A stretch of 23,027 bases of DNA, taken from assembly GCA_003345595.1 (NCBI GenBank), contig PRDI01000023.1:1-23027 (forward strand), written 5' to 3'. Source of the stretch: Candidatus Thorarchaeota archaeon (GTDB taxonomy: Archaea; Asgardarchaeota; Thorarchaeia; Thorarchaeales; Thorarchaeaceae). The notes beneath the pieces were generated by a model, which did no database searches, had not been told where the DNA came from, and saw only the letters and a list, made by a program, of their open reading frames with translations. The position numbers and the translations under genes are program-made. Each line of letters begins with the position of its first letter. Position 1 is the stretch's first letter. Shown here one piece after another: positions 16,063 through 23,027 of this stretch.

Positions 16063-17880
16063 TTGACGCATGATTGTTGGAATCGCAGGATGCTGTGGGT
16101 CGACCTGTCGAATGAAAGCACCAGAGAAATCGACTTGGAGAGTGTGGTCTTTGAGAAGTTCATCGGTGCGAAAGGGCTCGGCACATACCTTCTGTATCAG
16201 TATCTTAAGGGCGGCGAGGATCCGCTGGGCCCCAAGAACATCCTCTTTCTCCTAAGTGGTCCGCTTCAGGGTCTTCCTGCGCCTAACGTAGGAAGATGGA
16301 GCGTCGTAACGAAGTCACCTCTGACGGGCCTCTATCTTGACTCCCATTGCGGAGGCGGCATGGGCCGCGAGATAAAGAAAGCAGGGTATGATGCTGTAGC
16401 AGTGACAGGGAAGGCCAAGCGCCCAGTGACAATGGTGATAGAAAACCGTTTTGTTCGTTTCGAGAGCGCGAGCGAGATCTGGGGGAAGGGCATTCACGTT
16501 TCTACTGAACAGATCCGCAGTCGATCTAAGAAGGGAGCTTCTGTCTACACCATTGGCCCGGCAGGTGAGAAGCTCAGGCTCCTCTCGGTGGCGAGCTGTG
16601 ATGTCGCCCACCAGACAGGACGCGGCGGCGTGGGGGCCGTGATGGGGTCCAAGAATCTGAAAGCAGTAGTGGCAAGCGGCACTGGCTCAATCAAGGCACA
16701 TAATCTTGAAGCGATACGCGAAGTGAACAGGGCTGTCACAGCTTCATGGCAGGCCAAGGTCAGCGGCTTCAAGGACATTGGCACTGCCTTTCTGATTGAA
16801 CTGGCAAACGGGTTGGGCCAGTATCCCACTCGGAACTGGCAGGAAGGGTACTTCGAGGAGCATGAGAAGCTCGACAACTACAGAGCAGAGAAGGAGTATG
16901 GACTTGGTGCACACCAGTCTTGTCCTCACTGCATAATGCGCTGCACCCGAGCTTACAGGACTCCGAATCCTGATGGTTCCGGTTCTTCTGTCGAGTCCAC
17001 AGTCGAGTACGAAACATGGGGGATGCTCGGAGGCAACATTGGCGTCAGCAATCCAGTGACAGTCATGAAGCTAAACTATCTCTGCGATGATCTCGGCCTT
17101 GATACGATAAGCGCAGGGTCCATTATTGGATTCGCCATTGAGGCCTTCCAGCTCGGCATGATCAGTCAGAAGGAGGTTGGTTTCCCTCTGACTTTCGGCG
17201 ACTATGAATGCGCGGCGAAGCTCATCAGAATGATGGCAACAGGCGAGGGGATTGGAGAAGTCCTCTCGAAGGGAGTGAAACAGGCCGCCAAGATAATAGG
17301 AAAAGGTAGCGACAGGCTGGCGGTTCACGTGAAGGGGTTAGAGTGTGCGGCATGGGATGCTCGCGGTAGGAAAGGAATGGGCCTCTCGTATGCGACAGCT
17401 GATGTGGGAGCCAGTCACCTTAGAGGCTGGCCTGCAACCACAGATCCACCAGCGACGTCTGCGCTTGACGTAGTCGACTCTATGGTGAGAGCGCGTAATG
17501 AGAAGGTGCTCACAGACTCTCTGGTCGTTTGTCACTTCACGTACCACCTGCCTCTTGTACTGCAGCAGAAAATCACTCTTCTGAACGCCGCATCTGGTCT
17601 TGCCTATGACGAGGCATCAATACAGCTCTTCGGAACAAGAGTCGACACTCTCAGCAGGATGTTCAACGTGCGTGAAGGTATATCAAGAAAGGACGACGTG
17701 TTGCCTCCAAAGTTCTGGATACCGGAAAGTCAAGGTCCAAGAGCAGGGATGAGGGCCTTCGTGGACGAGTCCGATTTTAGGGCATGCATCGACCGGTACT
17801 ATCAGATTCGTGGCTGGGACAACGACGGTGTGCCTACGAAGGAAACGATTCGAGAAGTCGGGCTTGAGGGTATACTCTGA
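16063..17880 (+). CDS. aor: Aldehyde:ferredoxin oxidoreductase family protein (tungstopterin, 4Fe-4S)
   Basis: KSPLTG, GRGGVGAVMGSKNLKA, CPHCIMRC, EYET, CDDLGLDTIS, DSLVVC and YY..RGWD..GVP. TTG start after GAGGT. Confidence 0.95.
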   Translation: MTHDCWNRRMLWVDLSNESTREIDLESVVFEKFIGAKGLGTYLLYQYLKGGEDPLGPKNILFLLSGPLQGLPAPNVGRWSVVTKSPLTGLYLDSHCGGGMGREIKKAGYDAVAVTGKAKRPVTMVIENRFVRFESASEIWGKGIHVSTEQIRSRSKKGASVYTIGPAGEKLRLLSVASCDVAHQTGRGGVGAVMGSKNLKAVVASGTGSIKAHNLEAIREVNRAVTASWQAKVSGFKDIGTAFLIELANGLGQYPTRNWQEGYFEEHEKLDNYRAEKEYGLGAHQSCPHCIMRCTRAYRTPNPDGSGSSVESTVEYETWGMLGGNIGVSNPVTVMKLNYLCDDLGLDTISAGSIIGFAIEAFQLGMISQKEVGFPLTFGDYECAAKLIRMMATGEGIGEVLSKGVKQAAKIIGKGSDRLAVHVKGLECAAWDARGRKGMGLSYATADVGASHLRGWPATTDPPATSALDVVDSMVRARNEKVLTDSLVVCHFTYHLPLVLQQKITLLNAASGLAYDEASIQLFGTRVDTLSRMFNVREGISRKDDVLPPKFWIPESQGPRAGMRAFVDESDFRACIDRYYQIRGWDNDGVPTKETIREVGLEGIL

Positions 17881-18056
17881 GCTGATGAACAAAGCGCCTG
17901 TGCGCGTTACACCTGCAGGGCGGGCCTGCGGCTGGAATAGGCGTATGAGTTTTGTCGGCTGCGACCGGCGAGGAAGGCCAAGCTGTCTAGCTCGCGAGCT
18001 TGATAAGTGTTCAGCACATATGGCCATTTGGATGCAGTACTAAGAGCCTGAAAGTG

Positions 18057-18176
18057 ATGCGAGATAGACAGAGAGCCGAAGCACCAGATAGCCTTCTTAT
18101 GATGATTCTGGTCTTTTCACTGATAACCCTGCTTATTGCCCTCGCACTGATCTACTTGCCGGCGTGGCTCTCCTGA
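18057..18176 (+). CDS. Single-TM microprotein (39 aa)
   Basis: Not in the track. MRDRQRAEAPDSLLMMILVFSLITLLIALALIYLPAWLS* has a charged N-terminus and one strongly hydrophobic helix. GAAAGTG precedes the ATG and TTGATAA lies about 55 nt upstream. Confidence 0.6.
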   Translation: MRDRQRAEAPDSLLMMILVFSLITLLIALALIYLPAWLS

Positions 18177-18194
18177 GGCCCGATAACATCTACT

Positions 18195-18950
18195 CTATGA
18201 CTTGATGACTGAGTATACGTTCTGGATACAGCCAGTGAACTCACTCTCAGGATGTTTCAGAACCACGACGTATCTGCTGCCTGCCTCTATCAGTAGCTGA
18301 AGAAGAGGAATTATCGTCGCCACTTTGGTCTGGAACTTGTCCTCTACTTCTGCGATTATCGCCTTGTCCTCGTAGATACTCGGTTTCTTGTTTATGATGA
18401 TGCGGATATCAGGTACCTTGAGCTTCCTAGCCACACTAAGTGTGGCGGCTGTCCCCAAGAGGTCCTGTTCATCAATCCTTGCCACAACAAAAAGAAAGTC
18501 TGCGGTCGCCATGGACAGGAGGGTTTCTCGATCGAGGCCCGGATGTGTGTCGATGATCAGGTAGTCGAGGTTCTTCGCCTTTATCACATCAGTGAAGCCG
18601 CGCTTCAGGTCGCTGACCTCATAGCCCTCCCTCAGTATGCGGGTGATGTCAGTCGCACTCATCGAACTTGGAATAAGGAACAATTTACCCTGCTTGATAC
18701 CCAGCTGGCTTGTAAGATCCATGCAGGCGTCCGTGATATCGCATTCTCCCCTAAGGTAGTCATTCAGAGTGTACTTCAGCTTCTGTCGGCCCAGTCCAAA
18801 TATGACGTGTATCCCCGGAGATGCGACGTCAGTGTCCATCACAGCGACTCTCTTGCCATCAAGTGCCGCGATTGCTGCAAGGTTTGCAGCAATGTTGCTC
18901 TTACCGGTGCCTCCGCGGAAGCTGTGAATGCTCACTATGTCACCTGACAT
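18195..18950 (-). CDS. minD: MinD/ParA-family (SIMIBI) ATPase
   Basis: Deviant Walker A HSFRGGTGKS, A' DTDVASPG, Walker B IIDTHPG and IINK. The start overlaps the upstream stop by 11 nt. Confidence 0.88.
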   Translation of the reverse strand: MSGDIVSIHSFRGGTGKSNIAANLAAIAALDGKRVAVMDTDVASPGIHVIFGLGRQKLKYTLNDYLRGECDITDACMDLTSQLGIKQGKLFLIPSSMSATDITRILREGYEVSDLKRGFTDVIKAKNLDYLIIDTHPGLDRETLLSMATADFLFVVARIDEQDLLGTAATLSVARKLKVPDIRIIINKKPSIYEDKAIIAEVEDKFQTKVATIIPLLQLLIEAGSRYVVVLKHPESEFTGCIQNVYSVIKS

Positions 18951-20268
18951 GGGTCATCACCCTTTCATTCTCCCATCGAACATATTCCCCTAGGGAATGT
19001 AGAACTTCGAATATACGAGATGTCTGTATCTTGGTCTTGTCGGATATCTCCTTTATAGAGTAAGCGCCCGTGCAGTAACGCCACACGACATCAATCACTC
19101 CGAAGTCCTTCTTGGGCATTCCGACCACCTCCAGGTAGGCAGAGAAGCGTTCATTCCTCTCTTCCATCACCGGGAACAGTTTGGCGATGTGAGCGGCACC
19201 CTTTGATATGAGGTGGGCTAGCACTTCGTTTGTCTGTTCGCAGGAAAGACCCGCCTTTTCGTGCAGTTCCATCACTGTGATCTTCTCGTCAAGAAGCCCA
19301 AGAATCTTAACGGCATTTGTGCGGAGCTCTGCAGGCAGACCAGCCAATACGCGCTTTGAGGTGCTCATTACTCCCCCATCTTGGACGACTGGCAAAACAA
19401 CATCAAAGTCGTAGAAACCGGCCGTTTCTTCCAGACGTACTGGCTGGACCTTTTTCATGTTCCTCAAGTCGAGCTCGGAAACCATCCTCAGGTATGGTCC
19501 GACCAGTTTCATGAGTTCGGCATTGGACTTAGCTGCATTCACGACAAAAGCGGAGTAGATGTCGTTGTCCGTGCGCGTAATGAAGAATGATGTCAGAGGA
19601 TCGAGACTCGTGTGAACAGTCATGATTCCTTTGCCCGTTTGTGTTGTCAGACTGCCCAACAAATCGAGCAATGCTTCAAGCTCGTGTGCTCTCAGGTTCG
19701 AAGCCAAGATGAAACCGTCGCGAGTCACTGCTAAACTCCTCAGAACATCATGGCCCGTTTCAACGCTTGCCATTGCCAGCTTGAGTTGTTTCAAGTCCTC
19801 CCTCGGCAAGAGCCCTGTCTTGTATCGTCTTGCGAGCCCTGGGATGCCGTCGAACTTCTGAAGGAGCGCCTCCACTGTGTCGGTGAATGTCTTGAACATG
19901 CGAATGTCTGCTTGTTCCTTCTTCAGTTCTGAGTAGTACGTGCTGACAAACTGGTCAGAGAGGTCTCTCAGAAACACTCTGTATATCTCAGTGCTATCAT
20001 CCTGAGAAACGAGGGCCACGAAGAAGAGGTCTCCATTACGCTCCCAGACAAACTTGTTCGAAGCGAATGATACGACCCTAATACGCTGTTCGCCAACCTG
20101 TTCAGCGATTGAACCCATTGCGGATAGAAAAGCTGCGACCAGCTCGTCCAACTTCTTCGTGCCCGTCGCGCTGTAGTGAAACAGAGGAATGCCAGTGTCC
20201 CTGAGGATAATGACTTCTTTGACCAAGGTGTCTTCCCCGAATAGCGGCAGCAACCACTGCTTCTTCAC
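18940..20268 (-). CDS. Longin + roadblock-like + tandem winged-helix protein (NPRL2-like)
   Basis: Residues 16-140 show a longin pattern (IIL..TGIPLFHYS...LVAAFLSAM...F...Y...F..F). Residues about 155-265 show a roadblock pattern (SLAVTRDGFILAS). Two C-terminal wHTH-like repeats follow. Probable real start is TTG 20226. Confidence 0.8.
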   Translation of the reverse strand: MKKQWLLPLFGEDTLVKEVIILRDTGIPLFHYSATGTKKLDELVAAFLSAMGSIAEQVGEQRIRVVSFASNKFVWERNGDLFFVALVSQDDSTEIYRVFLRDLSDQFVSTYYSELKKEQADIRMFKTFTDTVEALLQKFDGIPGLARRYKTGLLPREDLKQLKLAMASVETGHDVLRSLAVTRDGFILASNLRAHELEALLDLLGSLTTQTGKGIMTVHTSLDPLTSFFITRTDNDIYSAFVVNAAKSNAELMKLVGPYLRMVSELDLRNMKKVQPVRLEETAGFYDFDVVLPVVQDGGVMSTSKRVLAGLPAELRTNAVKILGLLDEKITVMELHEKAGLSCEQTNEVLAHLISKGAAHIAKLFPVMEERNERFSAYLEVVGMPKKDFGVIDVVWRYCTGAYSIKEISDKTKIQTSRIFEVLHSLGEYVRWENERVMTHVR

Positions 20269-20273
20269 CGGGG

Positions 20274-20289
20274 TTATTATATCTTCTCA
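20274..20289 (-). promoter_or_regulatory. Candidate BRE/TATA promoter for the longin-roadblock-wHTH gene and minD
   Basis: Minus strand reads GAGAAG-ATATAATAA in the 54-bp intergenic gap. Confidence 0.45.
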
Positions 20290-20322
20290 GATGATTTGGT
20301 GCGGGAAGCCGGCCAGGCTTTG

Positions 20323-21258
20323 CTACTGGTCCTGCGCTACCGTGACCTCAACTAGTTTCCAGCTGACTGCGTTTCCAAGCCTACCCAGGACTTCAAAGAG
20401 CTTCTCCGCAGTCACACCAATCTTCTCACTGACCTCCACCACGGATTTGCTTCCGGTACATAGTGGTTTTGCCCGGTTGAGTATCTGATTGTCCTTACTG
20501 GGCAGACCCACAAGATCGAGATAGATGTCGAATCGAGCGTCTTCCTCTTGGAGCACTGGGCACATCTTGGATATTCCGACGACTCCCCATATGGTCAGGT
20601 ATTCGATGACCTCAGATATCTGCTCGGCTTCGAAACCTAGTGTCTGACTCATCTCGTAGATTGATATCTTACCGTCAATCGACTCAAGTATCCTGTTGCC
20701 AAACCCTCCGAAGTCTCTGTGAAACTGATCCAGAAGACCCATTGAGTCCGAAGCAGCATCGAATGCCAGCTGGTCCAATCTCGGCACGACGAACGAACTC
20801 AGGCTCGATGTAACTAGGAGTATGCCCTCATAGAAGGAGAATGACCTCTTGACCTCCTGCCCGAAATCCTCGAATGCATCCTCAACATGGATATCCTTCT
20901 TCAGTTCGCGCCCATATCGCGTTAGAAACCTGTGACTCAAATCTCTGAGTACAGCCCTCAAGACTCTCTCTGGTGCACCTGACTCCACGAGGAAAATGAA
21001 CAATGCTTCGGATTCAGTCTGATAGAGTATCTCCGAGCCTTCGAAGGAGAGGCTCTGAACGGAGCGTTCGCCGAATTCTGTGGCAAAGCTCGATATCGCT
21101 GATAGGAAACCCGACAACAGGCTGTCAAGTTTCCGCGTTTCATGAGGAGAATAGTGGAAGAGTGGAATGCCTCCTGAAGTTATGATCATGAACTCATTAA
21201 CGCGCAAGCGTCCGGTCAACTGCGGCATCTCCCGATTGAGCGTCAAAGGTGACGCCAC
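20323..21258 (-). CDS. Longin + tandem winged-helix protein (NPRL2/NPRL3-like paralogue)
   Basis: Longin pattern (MIITSGGIPLFHYS...LLSGFLSAISSFA) and wHTH repeats (ILESIDGKISIYEMS...YLTIWGVV; LCTGSKSVVEVS). Aligns without gaps to the N- and C-terminal parts of the downstream gene. Start uncertain within 21207-21258. Confidence 0.8.
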   Translation of the reverse strand: MASPLTLNREMPQLTGRLRVNEFMIITSGGIPLFHYSPHETRKLDSLLSGFLSAISSFATEFGERSVQSLSFEGSEILYQTESEALFIFLVESGAPERVLRAVLRDLSHRFLTRYGRELKKDIHVEDAFEDFGQEVKRSFSFYEGILLVTSSLSSFVVPRLDQLAFDAASDSMGLLDQFHRDFGGFGNRILESIDGKISIYEMSQTLGFEAEQISEVIEYLTIWGVVGISKMCPVLQEEDARFDIYLDLVGLPSKDNQILNRAKPLCTGSKSVVEVSEKIGVTAEKLFEVLGRLGNAVSWKLVEVTVAQDQ

Positions 21259-21281
21259 ATTAATGTATCTGAGAGGCCATA

Positions 21282-21292
21282 TCTATAATGGT
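21282..21292. promoter_or_regulatory. Candidate shared TATA element for divergent genes
   Basis: TCTATAATG on + and CATTATAGA on -, located between the divergent starts. Confidence 0.3.
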
Positions 21293-21349
21293 CCTGTCTA
21301 CGAAATGTCCATATTGCGGCCCGAGCGTGCACAGGGCCATCTTGCGTGT

Positions 21350-22975
21350 GTGACGAGCGTGCTCGAGTACAGAGAGTTCCCCATCAAGGTCGCGTTCTAC
21401 TATGTGCTTTTCTCTGCTATGCTTGCGTATGTCATATACTCAAGCAGCCGGCTGATTCTTGGTACCATGTTTCCCTCTTTCGGAAGCGGGAACTTGGGTC
21501 TCTTGGGATTCGGAATTCTGGCTGCTGTCCTCACTCTGTTGCCGGCCGGTGTCTTGGCAGATCACACGAGGTATCTGTATGTGATTAGTACGCTAGGTGC
21601 GTTAGCTCCGTTGCTTCTGGGTATGGCTATTGTGTTCGCAGGATCTCCCGGCCCAGACACTCCGACAATCGAAACCTCATTTACGATTCTTCTTTTCTCT
21701 GGAGCCGCTTTCTCTCTTGTGAGTTGGTGTGTTCAGCTAAACAAGACGGTCGTGGCGCGCTTTCGCGGCAGAGTCGCTGCCTCCTTCCTAGCAGTGTCCT
21801 TGGTAATCTTCGGAGTCTATTCTGCCTTGGATTCAGCCGGTTTCAGCCTGTACCTAATGCACATGCCAATTCCAGAGATTATAACCATTGCAGCAGTCCT
21901 CACACGACTTGCTTTCAGACCTTGGAGATGGTCACTGCACAAGCTAGCAGTCAAGGGGGAAGCAAGGTCTTACTTCATTCCGACGCTCCTTGTCATGGCT
22001 GCATACATACTCTGGTACTTCGGCACCCAACTGAGCATCAAAGAAGTGTTCAGGTTGGCCGTCGACCCCTCGTACGTTTCGCTCGGCCAGTATTCCGGTC
22101 TCTCCCTTTACGAGCCGGGGTTCATGGCTGTGGGTGTTGTATTCGCGGGACTGATAGCAGACACTAAGGGCAGAAAAACAGCTCTCACTTTCGGTGTTCT
22201 ACTGCTTGGCCTGCTATCGATCTTTGGTTCCCTTGCATATTACAATGCTGAGGATGGCTCTGCATACCTGAGTGCGGCTCCCCTGCTCATTTCTGAGCGT
22301 TTTGTTGAGGGCTTCCTTCTGGGTCTAATGCTTCTACTCATATGGGCCGAGCTGGGCTCTCCAAACACGAAGGGAAGACGCATTGCCGCCATGTGGATAT
22401 TCTTCATCGGATATATCGCTCTGTTGTTGGCTGTCTCGTTGGGGGTTTGGTTTGGCATCGACTGGTATGCACCAGATTGGGTGCGGCGAGCAGGGATACA
22501 GTTTGCAATCCTACTCACATTAGTCACATTGTACTGGTCAGCACCGCTACCTGAGATTCTGGGAAAGGAACTTGAGATGGAAGACCTTTCACTCGATTTC
22601 GATGAGAAGCTTGTCCGGCAGACTGCAGAGGCATTCGTGGGAGCAGAGGATCTCAAATCAATACGAAGCCAGCTTGATATTCTTGGCAGTACCGAAGAGC
22701 TGAGCGACAAGGATATGGATGAGATACTCGGCCCAGACTTCGACAAGACGCTTCCGTTGGGTGGAATCCCCGGCGTCGGTTCAAAGATGGAGCAACGCCT
22801 ACGAGAAGCCGGGTATGAGTCAGCTGCTCAGCTTGCTGGAGAAACCCCTCAGAGGCTGTCGGAAAAAGTGAAGGGTCTCACTCCGGCCAAGGCAGAGAAA
22901 ATCCTTGAAGGAGCACGGGTGGCCGTGAAGAAAGCGCTCAAGTCGAAGTCGAAAAAGGAAGGAGGACGAGGCTAG
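21350..22975 (+). CDS. MFS-fold 12-TM transporter fused to a C-terminal helix-hairpin-helix (RadA/Rad51 N-terminal-like) domain
   Basis: Twelve hydrophobic segments with MFS motif A in both halves (AGVLADHTR, AGLIADTKGRK) and RFRGR / TKGRR loops. An acidic linker leads to LGGIPGVGSKMEQRLREAGYESAAQLA...GLTPAKAEKILEGA. Start is probably GTG 21350 or ATG 21305; the track start at 21167 overlaps the divergent gene. Confidence 0.82.
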   Translation: MTSVLEYREFPIKVAFYYVLFSAMLAYVIYSSSRLILGTMFPSFGSGNLGLLGFGILAAVLTLLPAGVLADHTRYLYVISTLGALAPLLLGMAIVFAGSPGPDTPTIETSFTILLFSGAAFSLVSWCVQLNKTVVARFRGRVAASFLAVSLVIFGVYSALDSAGFSLYLMHMPIPEIITIAAVLTRLAFRPWRWSLHKLAVKGEARSYFIPTLLVMAAYILWYFGTQLSIKEVFRLAVDPSYVSLGQYSGLSLYEPGFMAVGVVFAGLIADTKGRKTALTFGVLLLGLLSIFGSLAYYNAEDGSAYLSAAPLLISERFVEGFLLGLMLLLIWAELGSPNTKGRRIAAMWIFFIGYIALLLAVSLGVWFGIDWYAPDWVRRAGIQFAILLTLVTLYWSAPLPEILGKELEMEDLSLDFDEKLVRQTAEAFVGAEDLKSIRSQLDILGSTEELSDKDMDEILGPDFDKTLPLGGIPGVGSKMEQRLREAGYESAAQLAGETPQRLSEKVKGLTPAKAEKILEGARVAVKKALKSKSKKEGGRG

Positions 22976-23027
22976 CCCCCCACAATGTGGCCTATTTCTT
23001 ATGCGAGGAACAAGACTAGAACCTTTT

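Noticed and set aside
17881-17959. SECIS element, box C/D sRNA or hammerhead ribozyme after AOR (CTGATGA, ATGA...TGAG)
   Set aside because: AOR has no internal TGA and the helix geometry does not fit a SECIS. There is no suitably spaced D box or GAAA core.
1-23027. CRISPR arrays, tRNA/rRNA genes, transposases, integrases
   Set aside because: No spaced repeats, cloverleaf/rRNA-like segments or recombinase motifs were seen by eye; the intergenic gaps are short.

Overview
Gene-dense archaeal window, most likely from an Asgard archaeon (possibly Thorarchaeia). This is inferred from a Rab-like small GTPase, longin and roadblock domain proteins, a geranylgeranyl reductase, an AOR-family oxidoreductase, and GGTGA/GGAG-type ribosome-binding sites with TATA-like promoters. 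From left to right the window holds: a MacB/FtsX-type ABC operon (ATPase plus two permeases, the second running off the left edge), a membrane protein, a two-zinc-site protein, a Rab-like GTPase with degenerate switch motifs and a long disordered linker, a divergent APRT-like enzyme, a long-chain acyl-CoA ligase, a GGR, a hypothetical protein, a membrane DnaJ-type Zn-finger protein, a GDPD, a roughly 18-TM unknown protein, a MobB-C-like microprotein, an AOR and a single-TM microprotein. The most interesting region is 18195-22975. It contains two tandem paralogues with a longin plus tandem winged-helix architecture resembling the eukaryotic GATOR1 subunits NPRL2/NPRL3. One paralogue carries an inserted roadblock-like domain and a candidate arginine finger, and overlaps a MinD/ParA ATPase gene. 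Both sit head-to-head with an MFS transporter fused to a RadA-N-like helix-hairpin-helix domain. All family calls come from motif recognition by eye; no searches were run. No rRNA, tRNA, CRISPR array or mobile element was recognised.
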